From contig NC_057718.1 of assembly GCF_004010195.1 (NCBI RefSeq), positions 99,229,430 to 99,293,429 on the forward strand: a stretch of 64,000 nucleotides of DNA. The letters run 5' to 3'. Within the stretch, counting starts at the first letter, position 1; every line of letters begins with the position of its first letter. Source of the DNA: Chiloscyllium plagiosum (Eukaryota). The position numbers and the translations under genes are program-made. Below, piece by piece: positions 11,150-23,790 of this stretch. A model generated the notes under the pieces. That model was not told the DNA's origin. It searched no databases and was given only the letters and a program-made list of their open reading frames with translations.

Positions 11150-11957
11150 CTACCGTTCCCTCTGTGACTACCTGGTCAGGTCCACGCCCCCCTACAACCC
11201 ACCCTCCCATCCTGGCACCTTCCCCTGCCACCGCAGGAACTGTAAAACCTGCGCCCGCACCTCCTCCCTTACCTCTATCCAAGGCCCTAAAGGAGCCTTC
11301 CACATCCATCAAAGTTTTACCTGCACATCCACTAATATCATTTATTGTATCCATTGTTCCCGATGCGGTCTCCTCTACATTGGGGAGACTGGGCACCTCC
11401 TAGCAGAGTGCTTTAGGGAACATCTCCGGGACACCCGCACCAATCAACCCCACCGCCCTGTGGCCCAACATTTCAACTCCCCCTCCCACTCTGCCGAGGA
11501 CATGCAGGTCCTGGGCCTCCTTCACCGCCGCTCCCTCACCACCAGATGCCTGGAGGAAGAACGCTTCATCTTCCACCTCGGAACACTTCAACCGCATGGC
11601 ATCAATGTGGACTTCAACAGTTTCCTCATTTCCCCTTCCCCCACCTCACCCTTGTTCCAAACTTCCAGCTCAGCGCTGTCCCCATGATTTGTCCGGACTT
11701 GTCCTACCTGCCTATCTCCTTTTCCACCTATCCACTCCACCCTCTCCTCCCTGACCTATCACCTTCATCCCCTCCCCCACTCACCTATTGTACTCTATGC
11801 TACTCTCTCCCCACCCCCACCCTCCCCTAGCTTATCTCTCCACTCTTCAGGCTCTCTGCCTTTATTCCTGATGAAGGGCTTTTGCCCAAAACGTCAATTT
11901 CGCTGCTCCTTGGATGCTGCCTGAACTGCTGTGCTCTTCCAGCACCACTAATCCAGG
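11150..11957 (+). mobile_element. Penelope-like element: GIY-YIG endonuclease C-terminal ORF plus 3' UTR, 5'-truncated
   Basis: ORF 11103-11687 contains C..C.TC followed by FTCTSTNIIYCIHCSRCGLLYIGETG..LAECFREH and PVAQHFN. Degenerate hammerhead at 11867-11897; TGGACTA on both flanks. Confidence 0.9.
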
Positions 11958-12099
11958 CATATGGACTAGCCATGTGGAGGGTTTTGACAACAATAAGAAA
12001 TTTAGAATTGAGCTCTTGTTCGCTCGATAAATGGTGGCAATCAAAGGCTGTAATAAAAATAATCCAATAACACTACTCAGATGTGGGTAGGGAGTTACG

Positions 12100-12645
12100 G
12101 AAACATAAATAAATCAGTGCAGGAGTAGGCCATTCGGCCTTCCAGCCTGCCCCACCATTCAATATGATCATGGCTGATCATGCAATCTCAGTATCCCACT
12201 CCATACCCTTTGATCCCTTTAGCTGCAAGGGCCAATTCCAGCTCCCTTTTGAATCTATCTAATGAACTGGCTCCAACAGCTTCCTGTGGGAGAGAATTCC
12301 ACAGCTTCACAACTCTCTGAGTGAAGACATTTTTCTCCTCTCAGTCCTCCATGGCTCACCCCTTATTGTTACACAGTGACCCATAGTTCTGGACTTCCCC
12401 AGCATCAGGAACATTCTTACCGCATCTAGCCTGTCCAGTCCCAGCAGGATTTTATATGCTCCTATGAGATCCCCACCCCCCCACCCCAATAAATTCCAGT
12501 GAGTAAAAGCCCAGTCGATTCAGTCTATCCTCATGTGCCAGTCCTGCCATCGCAGGAAACAGTCTGGTGAACCTTCACTGGATTCCCTCAGTGGCAAGAA
12601 TGTCTTTCCTCAGACTGGGACACCAAAACTGCACACAGTTCTCTA
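12100..12645 (-). mobile_element. CR1 LINE 3' fragment (second subfamily)
   Basis: GDLIGAYKILLGLDRLDAVRMF..GKSRTMGH on the minus strand; AGGAGTAGGCCATTCGGCC 3' end. Confidence 0.8.
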
Positions 12646-12747
12646 GTTCAGGCCAGCCTTCCTCAACAGGACAGGATAATTGGATATTTAATCACTAGTA
12701 TAGACACAAGGACTCAAAGGGTCTCTTTATCAGCTGTGCAAACTCTT

Positions 12748-13005
12748 AGAGTCATGGAGATGTGTAGCATGGAAACAGACCCTTCGGTCCAACTTGTCCA
12801 TGCCGACCAGATATCCCAACTTAATCTAGTCCCATTTGCCAGCACCCGGCCCATATCTCTCTAAACCCTTCCTATTCATGTACCCATCCAGATGCCTTTT
12901 AAATGTTGTAATTGTACCAGCCTCTATCACTTCCTCTGGCAGCTCATTCCACACATGCACCCACCCTCTGTGTGAAAAAGTTGCCCCTTTGGTCCCTTTT
13001 AAATT
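12748..13005 (-). mobile_element. HER1/CR1 LINE 3' fragment
   Basis: Reverse complement of the same family as 6720-7020. Confidence 0.9.
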
Positions 13006-13295
13006 CTACGCACTTCAGTGCTTCCTCCAGGGCAAATAGGGATGGGCAATATATACTGGCCTAGGCAGCGATGTCCACATCCCGCAAATGAATAAAATCA
13101 GACTCTCTGCCTGCTCATTCATTTGATATTTGTGGAAGTTTGCTGTGCACAAAGTCACCTTAATGATTAGCATCCAGCCAGCTCCTAAACCTGTTGGAAT
13201 TCATGAGCCGTCGTGACAAAAGCGGAGCTGAACTGCACCACGCCTCTTAGGCCTGAGGTGGCCCACATCCCACGTGGGTCCCTGGCTCACACTGT

Positions 13296-13652
13296 CACAG
13301 AGTCATAGAATCACAGAGATGTACAGCACGGAAACAGACCCTTCGGTCCAACCCGTCCATGCCGACCAGATGTCCCAACCCAATCTAGTCCCCCCTGCCA
13401 GCACCCGGCCCATAAACCTCCAAACCCTTCCTATTCATATACCCATCCAAATGCCTCTTAAATGTTGTAATTGTACCAGCCTCCACCACGTCCTCTGGCA
13501 GCTCATTCCGCACACATACCACCCTCTGCGTGAAAACGTTGCCCCTTAGGTCTCTTTTATATCTTTCCCCTCTCGTCTTAAACCTATGCCCTCTAGTTCT
13601 GGACTCCCACACCCCATGAGAAAAGACTTTGTCTATTTATCCTATCCATGTC
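13296..13652 (-). mobile_element. HER1/CR1 LINE 3' fragment
   Basis: WESRTRGHRFKTRGERYKRDLRGNVFTQRVVCVRNELPEDVVEAG. Confidence 0.9.
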
Positions 13653-14062
13653 CCTTTGTCACAAACGGTGCGGTAATTGCAGCTTCTGAACTATCGCGAA
13701 ACATGAGCCACCTCACAAGGAGGACAAACATTGGCTTGTGGTCTGAGGCAGATCGTGGGTAGCATTTTGACTGCTCTTTAAGAGTAAATTATTAAATGCA
13801 TTGAAGACCTTCACGGATCAAACCAAGTGTGTTTTTAAAAAAAAACCTCCAAAGGTTTAACAACTTGTAGGGACACGATTTAATTAAGCAATTAAAAAAA
13901 CAGACGTCTGTTGTAAATGACCTTCTGAATAATATTCTGTAGGAGTGTGTCGGCTTTGATGAACTAATTGTGCTAGTGCCTGAGAGCAACTGTTTTAGTA
14001 ATTTCATAACAAACCACAAAAGCTAATTCAAAATGATTTTTTTGCTAGGGAGATTTAAATGG

Positions 14063-14372
14063 AATAGAACATTGAACAGTACAGCACACTACAGGCCCTT
14101 CGGCCCTCGATGTTGTGGTGACTTCTTATCCTATTCTAAGCAGCATACCCTTCATTTTACTATCTTCTCTGTTCCTACCCAAGGGTCGCTTAAAATGTCC
14201 CTAATGTATTTGACTCTACTACCACTGTTAACAGTGCATTCCACACACCCACCACTCTCTGAGTAAAGAATCGACCTCCATCATCTCCCCTAAACCTTCC
14301 TCCAATCACCTTGAAAATATGCCCCCTCGAGCTAGCCATTTCTGCCCTGGGAAAAGGTCTCTGACTATTCAC
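14063..14372 (-). mobile_element. CR1 LINE 3' fragment
   Basis: SQRPFPRAEMASSRGHIFKVIGGRFRGD..GRFFTQRVVGVWNAL. Confidence 0.85.
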
Positions 14373-14904
14373 TGGTGCTTTGTAGCACAATTCTGACCCA
14401 GAAACTGGGAAGAAACTATAGGTGCCTTTTAAAATAAAGTCTGCTCTATTTTTCTTTTAAATGAATTGCCCAGCTCTCTCTGTGACATCGAAATAATGGT
14501 TGAGGATTCAGGCAGCTGAGCCTGACAGAGGGTCTGCCTTTGATTAAACCGCAACAAACTGGCACCTAGTTTCTCTGGGACTTCCTTGTGTCTCCCAGCA
14601 AAAGAGATTCTCCACAGGAAAATGGGGGAGAGGTGATCATTTAAAATAAAACCGATCTTGTGGGGACAGAAATCTACTCACCCTCAGCAGACCTCGTAGA
14701 CCTCATTATGTCAGCCAAGCTAATCTGAGGTTGCTTCATGGGATATGGCAGGGTGGCGGTTTCCCCTCTGAACAAATATTTATTCGAAGTGTATCATGTA
14801 GAAACGTAGCAAATAGAAGCTGGAGTGGGCCATTCAGCCCATCGAGCCTGCACTGCCATTTATTAAAATCGTCACTGGTCATCCAACTCAATAGCCTGTT
14901 CCTT

Positions 14905-15250
14905 CTTATTCACAGGATGAGGGTGTCACTGGCTGGACCCGCATTTATTGTCCATCCCTAACTCCCCAGAGGGCAGTTAAGAGTCAACCACATTGCTGTG
15001 GGTCTGGAATCACATGTAGGCCAGACCAGGGTAAGGATGGCAGTTTCCTTCCCTAAAGGACATTAGTGAACCAGATGGGTTTCCCCCGATGATCTGAATT
15101 TCAGACTCTTAATTCCAGGTTTTATTTTTAATTAATGAATTCAAATTCTGCCATGTGCTTTGGTGAGATTTGAATGTGGGTCCCCAGATCATTATCTGGG
15201 ACTCAGTTTGAAAGTCCAGTGATAATATGCTTGGCCATTTCCTCCCCTGC
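14905..15250 (-). mobile_element. tRNA-derived SINE with an L2/CR1-group-type tail (second abundant SINE family)
   Basis: GCATTTATTG.CCATCCCTAA..AGAGGGCAGTTAAGAGTCAACCACATTGCTGTGGGTCTGGA..GTAAGGATGGCAG..GGACATTAGTGAACCAGATGGG. Other copies near 4490-4650, 20860-21430, 29430-29650, 30565-30770, 36125-36440, 38330-38690 and 57590-57975. Confidence 0.75.
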
Positions 15251-15984
15251 CTTTCCTGAACATCATTTGATCCCTCTAGTTATATCCAACTTGTTTTTGA
15301 AATCATACAACGTTTGGCTCTGGAGTGCTTTCTGTGGCATAAATGCCACAGGCCCACCACCCTCTGGGTGAAGACATTTCTCCTTATCTCAGTCCCTTCC
15401 CCTATCCTTAGACCATGTCACAGAGAGCAATCCATGGAATATACAGCACAGAAACAGCTAGGATATTGGACTCAATTCATCAATGCTGGCTTCAATGTGC
15501 TACTGCTCTGCACTGCTCAGCCAAGTCAAGCAGAAAATAACTTCCATTTCTTTCCTCCTCATCTTCTTATCCAGCTTCTTCTTAAATGCACCATTTTCTT
15601 TAACCCCTCCCTGTGATGGCAAGTCCCACAATCTCCCCCTTCTCTGGGTGAAGGAGTCTCTTTTGAATTCCCAATTGGATTTCCTGGTGTCTCTGTTACT
15701 TCGTGTTTCACTGTTTGCGATGAGGCTGCGTTTCTCTGTTCAGTCGTTTATTGATTTGTTCTTCCTCGATTTACAGGATGAACTTTGACCCTGCGAGAAT
15801 AGTGAATCCTCTTCTGAAGAAGGATGGCGAGACTCTGTTTTTCTCTCGCTGGACAGCTGCTGAGTTTCTCCAGCAATTTTCTAGTTTTGATTCGGATTTC
15901 CAGCATCTGCAGTTCTTTGTCTAATTTAAGAATGGGAAATGTCAACCAAAAACTGCTGCAGAATTACACAGCTTGAGGCAAAAT

Positions 15985-16490
15985 AAAAAGCCTGCAGATG
16001 CTGGAATCTGAGGTAGACAAGCAGGAGGCTGGGGGAACACAGCAGGTCAGGCAGCATCCAAGGAGCAGGAAAATCGACGTTTCGGGCAAAAGCCCTTCAA
16101 CAGGAATGAGGCAAGGAGACTCCAGGGTGGAGAGATAAATGGGACGGAGTGGGGCTGAGGAGAAGGTAGCCAAGAGTGTAATAGGTGGATGGAGGTGGGG
16201 ATGAAGGTGATAGGTCGGAGAGGAGGGTGGAGTGGATAGGTGGGAAGGAAGATTGGCAGGTGGGGGAGTTGAAATGTTGGGCCACAGGGCGGTGGGGTTG
16301 ATTGGTGCGGGTGTCCCGGAGATGTTTCCTAAGGCGCTCTGCTAGGAGGCGTCCCGTCTCCCCAGTGTAGAGGAGACCGCATTGGGAGCAACGGATACAA
16401 TAAATGATATTGGTGGATGTGCAGGTAAAACTTTCATGGATGTGGAAGGCTCCTTTAGGGGCCTTGGATGGAGGTGAGAAGGGAGATGTG
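15985..16490 (-). mobile_element. PLE with GIY-YIG remnant, internally deleted
   Basis: Minus strand encodes FTCTSTNIIYCIRCSQCGLLYTGETGRLLAERLRKH; PLE tail with a mutated hammerhead core. Confidence 0.85.
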
Positions 16491-16629
16491 CCCCACCCCC
16501 TCCATTATCTTTCTAAACCCCATTGAGTACAGACCCAGAGTCCTCAACTGCTCTTTGTATGTCACACCCTCGAGCCTCCCTACTCTCCTATTCAATCTCT
16601 TCCCAGCTTCCCACAAAATTCTGGGAAAT

Positions 16630-17075
16630 ACCTGATCAGGTACAAGGAATTAATTCACCGTTATGCTTTTTAAGACATTCAGTACCTCCTTCTCTGTAGT
16701 ATGAATACTTTTCAAGATATCACTGTTTATTTCCTCCAGTTTTCCAGTTTCCTTATCCTTCTCCACAGTAAATACTGATGCAAAGTATTTGTTTAGTTTC
16801 TCACCCACCTCCTGGGGTTCTAAAGATAGGAGGCCTTGCTGAACCTTCAGGGGCTCCATACTTTCCCTCGTTACCCTTTTGCCTTTAAAGTAGGATCTCT
16901 TTGGATTCTCCTTAACTGGACTTGCCAAAGCTATCTCATGTCCCCTTTTCTGCCCTCCTGATTTGCCTCTTGAGTGTACTCCTCCAACCCTTATACTTCT
17001 CGAGGGATTCGCTTGATCCCAGCCGTCTAGACCTTCCATATGCTTCCTTTTTTTTCTTGACCAGTTGAGTCAACA
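16630..17075 (-). mobile_element. CR1 LINE ORF2 internal fragment (endonuclease-RT linker)
   Basis: SLEKYKGWRSTLKRQIRRA..GHEIALA..KENPKR..LNKYFASVFTVEK. Confidence 0.85.
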
Positions 17076-17894
17076 TCTTCAGTCTGGGAGTGCGTGAGAT
17101 GGGGGGGAGGAGGGACAGAGGATGGGGAATATTGCAAAAAGAAAACAGAAATCGTTGTGACTTGGAAAACTCTGCGTTCTTGCTGTGAGGGGCCAGACAG
17201 GCAAATGCTTTCTGTACCTCAGTCTGCCACAGAGACACTGGGGATTGCCAATGCAAGACTGTGTTTATCGTAGAGATGCTGTGCAATTCTCAGTGTCTTG
17301 CCTAGGACAGGGAAATAAGGTTAAGTATGTATCAACAAACAGGTCAGTCCTAGCCCATGGGGAGGCCAATTAATTGGCACTGATTTAGCTTCTTGGAAGA
17401 GTTTCTGAGCTTAAACAGACTGACTGAGCCGTCACTGTCCATAGATACAACAGCTCCATACTTTTGACTCCTCACAACATCGTGGGAGACCATTTTAAAC
17501 TGACAGCATTCTTACAGTGAAATCTTTGTATTTATGGACTCAATGGCCATCCACACTGGGTTCTGGACATAGGGGGACAGGGCCTAATGGAGTGGAATCA
17601 CATTTATAAAGGTTGCAAGTTCGCCAAAAGAGTTTGCAAAGTTATGGCAAGGACACAAGTTGAGAGAAAGCCAGGGAAATGGATTGCATTTCCTCTCTGC
17701 GTGGGTAATGGCTGTACAATCACGAAACTGTTGAGCCCATCAAGTCAGCCCTAGCACTCTTAAAGAGCGATCCAATTAGTCCCATTCCCTTGCTATTTCC
17801 CCATAATCCTACAACTTCTTTTCCTTGCTGATTTCCGATTGGAATTTGCTACTGTGTCTCCTTCTCAGGTAGGCAAGAATTGTTGTGAAAGTTT

Positions 17895-18250
17895 GGGGCA
17901 GCACGGTGGCCCAGTGGTTAGCACTGCTGCCTCACAGCACCAGGGATCCGGGTGTGATACCAGCCTCGGGCAATTGTTTGTGTGGAGTTTGCATGTTTTC
18001 CTTATGTCTGTATGGGTGTCTTCCGGGTGCTCCTGTTTCCTCCAGTTTCCTGTTCCGAAGATGTGCAGGTTAGGTAAATTGGCCGTGCTAAATTGCCCAT
18101 AATATTCAGAGATGTGTAGGTTAGGTGCGTTAGTCATGGGAATGCAGAATAATGGGGTAGGGGAATGAGTCTGGCTGGGTTACTCTTCAGATGGTCGGTG
18201 TGGACTCATTGGGCCAAACGGCCTGTTTCCACACTGTAGGGGATCCTATG
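17895..18250 (+). mobile_element. HE1-like SINE, full length
   Basis: GGGGCAGCACGGTGGCCCAGTGGTTAGC head; GGCCTGTTTCCACACTGTAGGG tail. Confidence 0.9.
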
Positions 18251-19149
18251 AAATCTATAATAGAAGTCAACAAATTAGTCATGTGTCGATGGCGAACTGC
18301 AAACCAGAAGGCCTAAGACTGGGCATCAGGCCTCAGTTCAATCATTTACTCAAGACGCTGATGCTCAACTGTCAAGCTAGCAGCTCCTCTATTCCAAGAA
18401 GAAGAGTTTTGAGTCAACCCTTTCAACTCAAACTGTTCGATGGGTGTCGAGGCCTCTTGCTAGGCCCATCCAGGCCCTGAAAACATGAGAGAACTGGACC
18501 TGAGAGAGTAGGTTGACCACCGCGTCTTCAGGTTTGTTGAAACCACAGTGAAAGGGCAGGGAGATTTTCTGCTTTCTCAAGTCATGCTTCTTGCTGCATC
18601 TTAACACCTGGCTGGCTGGGGCCTTTCTGCCTGTGAAGGAGGGAACTCTTTACTGCAGAGGCCTGTCGAGCCTGGGTCATTGAGTCTATTTAAGGCTGAG
18701 GCAGATTTTTAATCAGTAATGAAATCAAGGGGTATGGAGAAAAGGCAGGAAAAATGCAATTGGGGATTATCAGATCTAATTGAATGGTGGAGCAGACACA
18801 ATGGACTGAGTGGTCTACCCTCTTACACTTTGTCATATGTTCAATCATATGTTTCGGGGGATTTCTTCCTAGGCCTGGTCATTACCTGTTGTCCCCATTT
18901 CTAGTGACGGTGACTTATTCTTCCTTTACCATTTCACAGGACGTCACTGAAAAGGCCAATGGTTGTCGCTGACCTCTATTTGCCCTCAAATAAAGGACGA
19001 CAGTAAGTGAAGTGGGCCTGGTGTCACATGTAGGCCTAACCAGGTAAGGACAGCAGATTTCCCTCCCTAATGGGGCATTAGTGAACTTGATGGATTTTAC
19101 AACAACTAAAAGTTGCCGTGGTCACCATTCCTGAGAGTCAATTTATATT

Positions 19150-19510
19150 TTGTAGAAGAAGGAGAGGTAATCTTATTGAAAAATCACAGATTCTTAAGGG
19201 GCTCGACAGGGTGAATGCTGAGAAGACTTTTCCCCTTAGAGGAGAGATTATGACCAGAGAGCATAGTCTCACAATAAAGGGGCAACAATTTAAGATTGAG
19301 ATGAGAAGGAATTTCATCTTTGAAAGGGTTGTGAGATTTGGAATTCTTTGCTACAGAGAGCTGTGGGGGGTAGAGTCCTTTGATGTAATTAGGTTCTTGA
19401 TCCATCAGGGAATCCACAGGAAAGTGAACACGATGAATCTCGGATCAGCCGTGATCCTATTGAATGGTGGAGCAGACTCAAGGGGCTGAATGGCCTATTC
19501 CTGTTTTCAT
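19150..19510 (+). mobile_element. CR1 LINE 3' fragment
   Basis: RRRRGNLIE..ILKGLDRVNAEKTFPL..TREHSL.IKG..FKIEMRRNF. Confidence 0.8.
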
Positions 19511-19614
19511 TTCTCATGGACACTCCAAAAGTATTCACTGAACTTCAATTCCATCAAGTGACATGGTAAGATTCAAACTCCCTTCCCCAGGGCATTACCT
19601 GGATCTTTGGTGAC

Positions 19615-19975
19615 AAATGAAGCAGATGGATAGGGTGGATAGCCAAGGTCTTTTCCCCAGGGAAAGGGAGTCCAAAACTAGACTTCAGAAGTTTAAGGTG
19701 AGAGGGGAAAGATTTAAAAGGGACCTAAGGAACAACGTTTTCGTGCAGAGGGTGGTGTGTGTATGGAATGAGCTGCAGGAGGAAGTGATTGAGGCTGGTA
19801 CAATTACAACATTTAAAAGGCATCTGGATGGGTATATGGATAGGAATGGTTTAGAGGGATATGGGCCGGGTGCTGGTAAATGTGACCAAATTAATTTAGG
19901 ATATCTGGTCGGCATTGACGAGTTGGACCGAAGGGTCTGTTTCTGTGCTGTACGTCTCTGTGACTCTATGACTAT
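19615..19975 (+). mobile_element. HER1/CR1 LINE 3' fragment
   Basis: MDRVDSQGLFPR..KVRGERFKRDLRNN.FVQRVVCVWNEL; (GACTAT)-like tail. Confidence 0.9.
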
Positions 19976-20499
19976 GTTTCTAAATGAACTGGGACTGACG
20001 GGAGGCCATTCAGCTCCTTGAGCCTGCTCTGCCTTTCAATAGGATCATGGCTGGTCTGACTGTACCTCACATTCACATTCCCATTGACCCTAATAATCTT
20101 TCAAGCCCCTTGCCAACCAAGATTGTAACCCTCTCTGCTTCCATCACTTTCTCAGGAAGAACTCCAAAGACTCACGCCCCTCTGAGAGAAAAGAAATGCA
20201 GAGAGTGGTGATGCCACATAACACTTTTCACTGTGTTTTATAACAAAATGCATGTGACAATAAATCAACTCAAATCAAATCAATAAGCAACTCTTGATTT
20301 TTAAACAGTGACCCCGAATTCTCAATGCTCCCACATGAGGAAACATCCTCTCCGCGTATATCTTGTCAACAGCCCTCACGAATTTATATATTTTAATCAA
20401 ATTACCTTTCATTATTCTAAAATCCAGGAGATATTAACCTCGTCTCTCATAAGGCACCCCACCCATCCCAATGCATTTCTGCATTAACAGGATGTGGGT

Positions 20500-20860
20500 A
20501 GAAGTGAGGACTGCAGATGCTGTAAATCAGTCTAAATTAGTGTGGTGCTGGAAAAGCACAGCAGGTCAGGCAGCATCCGAGGAGCAGGAAAATTGACGTT
20601 TCGGGCAAAAGCCCTTAATCAGGAATGAAGGCAGGGAGTCTCTGGGGTGGAGAGATAAGTAGGAGGGGGGATGGGGTTGGGGAGAAGGAGGCCAAGAATC
20701 AGGGCAGAGGAGATAACTTGGGGGTTGCAGTGAGAGAGAGAGAGACTCACTGAGATTCTTGTAGAGAGAGAAGAACTTCTTCAAGGTAGGCATCCTTGCA
20801 AGAGGATTCGCAGTAAGGTTAAAATCAACTAGGTCTAAGTGAGGACTGCTGATGCTGGAA
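20500..20860 (-). mobile_element. PLE tail fragments in a partial-tandem arrangement
   Basis: AAGTGAGGACTGC(A/T)GATGCTG at both 20502 and 20837, with the family A tail between them. Confidence 0.75.
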
Positions 20861-21036
20861 TGTGGGTATCCCTGGTTAGGCCAGTATTTACCACCGGACA
20901 GCAGTTAGGAGTCAACACCTTGCTCTGGGTCAGGAGTTTCATTGGAGGCCAGACTGGGTAAGGATGGCAGATTTCCTTCTTTGAAGGACATTAGTGAGCC
21001 AGATGGGATTATTTTACAACAATTGACAACAGTCAT

Positions 21037-21272
21037 TGAAATAACTCCGCAGAGGTTGGTATCCCGTCACCAAGTCACCCTTTATTCACACGTGCATAAT
21101 ACTAGTCATTGGTCAGGCTCCCTCAGAGCCAGCTCTCAGAATGAGCAGAATCTCTGACCCTCCTGTTTATATCTGTCAGCCAGGGCTCTCTGTTTGGACC
21201 AGATTAACAGCCCCAATCTGGGAACTCACATTCTAAGAGGTCCACCTGGCTGACCTCATTACCATCACTACA
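21037..21272 (-). mobile_element. Solo LTR (236 bp, TG..CA, 5-bp TSD GTCAT), probably Gypsy-type
   Basis: GTCAT at 21032-21036 and 21273-21277; the minus strand has GATATAAA and AATAAA; it interrupts a SINE. Homologous to 43519-44359 and 46425-47845. Confidence 0.85.
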
Positions 21273-21480
21273 GTCATCATTAGACTAGCATTTAATTTCA
21301 ATTTATTTTTATAAAAGCAAATTCAAATTTCATCATCTGCCATGATGTGATTCAATCCCCCGTTGGCAGAGCATTGATCTCAGCTTCTGGATTCTGCTCT
21401 AGTGACATGACTACAACACCGCTGCCTCCCCTCGATAATTCATAACCTTCCTTCCTTTCTCATTCCTGCCTTCTCCCTAA

Positions 21481-21793
21481 GGGTGGCACTGTGGCTCAGT
21501 GGTTAGCACTGCTGCCTCACAGCGCCAGGGACTCAGGTTCGATTCCAACCTTGGGTGATGTCTGAGTGGAGGTGGCACATTCTCCCCGTGTCTGCGTGGG
21601 TTTTCTCTGGGTGCTCCGGTTTCCTCCCACAGTCCAAAGATGTGCAGGTCAGGTGAATTGGCCATGCTAAATTGCCCATAGAGTTAGATGCATTAGTCAG
21701 AGGGAAATGGGTCTGGATGCGTTACTCTTCAGAGAGTCGGTGTGGACTTGTTGGGCCGAAGGGCCTGTTACCACACTGTAGGCAATCTAATCT
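21481..21793 (+). mobile_element. HE1-like SINE, full length
   Basis: Intact A and B boxes (TGGCTCAGTGG, GGTTCGATTCC), central domain, tail ending AATCTAATCT. Confidence 0.9.
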
Positions 21794-23099
21794 TCCTTAG
21801 ATAAGGTGACTAACACTGCGCACAGGACACCAATGTGGTCTCACCAATGCCTAACCGCTCTACTTTTGCCCTGTAATAAATGATACGAATCTATTAGCTG
21901 CTCTAATTATCTGTACCTGCAGACGGACCTGTTGTGATGCGTACCCATGGTCACTAAGCCACAATTTGCCCCACTGGCCCCTGTTGGCTGTGGCTAACGT
22001 TTTGATTCTTGTCAAGATGCTAATGGCAATTGCAGAACTCCAATGCCCTACCTTAGTTCAAGTGGAATATACAAAGCCCCCCAAAAAACAATAACTAAAC
22101 TAATCTTTATGGCTCGGTAGCTCAGTGTTCTTACCAACTGAACTATGTAAGGTATTGTAAATGATATTAATGTTCGGTGCAAGCAGAAATATTCCTTGAC
22201 TACAAATGTTGATTCCCTTCTCAGGATAATATTGTTCCAGCACAAGGTAAAGTAAGACAGATAGATCAGCCACGCAATATATCAAAATATGTTTTTCTGC
22301 ATCTGCTTTTTATTATGAGCTGAGGCAAGACAACGAGGTTCTTTAAATTGTATGGTCAGTGGTTGAGATTACACACTCTGACTGGAGCCTTAAAAGTCAG
22401 TGTGGAAAGAACAAAGAACAAGTGAACAAAGCCATTCAAGGTCCATACAGTTTATGTGTCACTCTGACCTGTGACCATTCTCCCAGCCTTTTCATGGGTC
22501 CAACTAACATGCTCCTTCCCCGTCCACTGGGACCAACATGCTCCCACTACATTTACAATGGAGTGGGAGGACTAAGAAGTGGACCACTTTGTGAACATTT
22601 CCAAGTATATCATGGACAGAACTCAACGTGTCCCCAATTCTGAACTGCAAGTAGGCTTTCTGAGAAAGAGAAATTTGTCATTGCTCCCCACTTGCTGCAT
22701 TTTGCAAATGTAAAGCAGATTCCAAAGCATACAACACACAGAGGGTGATGTGCACTCACCCATACATACTGCTGTGGTGTCCAGCATATTAAGGTAAGCA
22801 CTAAAAGTGGTTTCCATGTCTTGATATTTACACAAGCAGCCTATCATTTGGATTAACCTCTCCTCCCATAAGCTACTCATCATTTGAAAGAATTTCTTAT
22901 ATCCCTTCATACAGTATCCTCATTATCCAAGCCATAGTTTATGCCATGGTATCGCTATGCGGGCAAGGTGGGAGATAATTCCAAAAACCACATACAGACA
23001 GTATGATGACTGAACCCACGTACTCTGTATTATTCTGCCACCCGAACAAACTCAAGCAAAGGGACCTATAAAAAACAGCAAGCTGGTTTCACATCTCTT

Positions 23100-23790
23100 T
23101 GGATTCATAAATTCAAAATTTAGATTCCAAAATCTAGAATACAGAGGACTGGAGTATGAAGATGCAGAAGTTATGCTGTAGGCAGACAAAACCCTGGTTA
23201 CATGCCAATTGGAGTGCTCTACGCAGATCTGGGCACCACAGCGTAGGAAGGATAGATTGGCTGTGGAAAGCATAAAACAAGAATGATATTTGGACTTTAG
23301 GGGTTAGGATCTGAGGAGAGATTGTACAAATTAGGCCTGTTTTCATAGAATCATAGAATCCCTACAGTGTGGAAACAGACCATTCAGCCCAGCAAGTCAA
23401 CACCGACCCTCCCAGACTGTTGAAGGTTAAGGGGTGATCTGATTGAAGTCTTCAAGATATTAACAGGAAGAGAAAGGGTAGATAAAGATTAACTATTACC
23501 ACTGGCTGGGCATTCTAGAATTAGGTGGCATAGTCTGAGAATTGGGGCCAGACCATTCAGGAGAGATGTGAGGAAGCACTTCTCCTTACAGCGGGTGGGA
23601 GAGGTCTGGAACTCTCTTCCACGAGTGGCAGTGGATTCTGGATCAGTTGTTAATTTTAAGTCTGAGAAAATGTAAGGGATATGGTCCAAAGACAGGGATA
23701 CAAAGGGAGTCCGAAGATCAGCCATGATCTGATTGAATGGTGGAACAGGCTCGATGACTCTGAATGGCCTACTCTCGTCCCCATGTTTCA
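23100..23790 (+). mobile_element. CR1 LINE 3' fragment interrupted by a SINE tail (23344-23415)
   Basis: KTLV..QLEC..QIWAP..RKD, then RLRGDLIEVFKILTG..SRIRWHSLRIGARPFRRDVRKHF. Confidence 0.8.

Noticed and set aside
11103..11687. 194-aa Cys/His-rich ORF as a host gene
   Set aside because: It is a 5'-truncated Penelope GIY-YIG domain whose ATG comes from flanking DNA.
14682..14767. Minus-strand 86-nt candidate exon (GETATLPYPMKQPQISLADIMRSTRSAE)
   Set aside because: The splice signals are plausible, but the peptide is unrecognised and I could not assemble compatible neighbouring exons.
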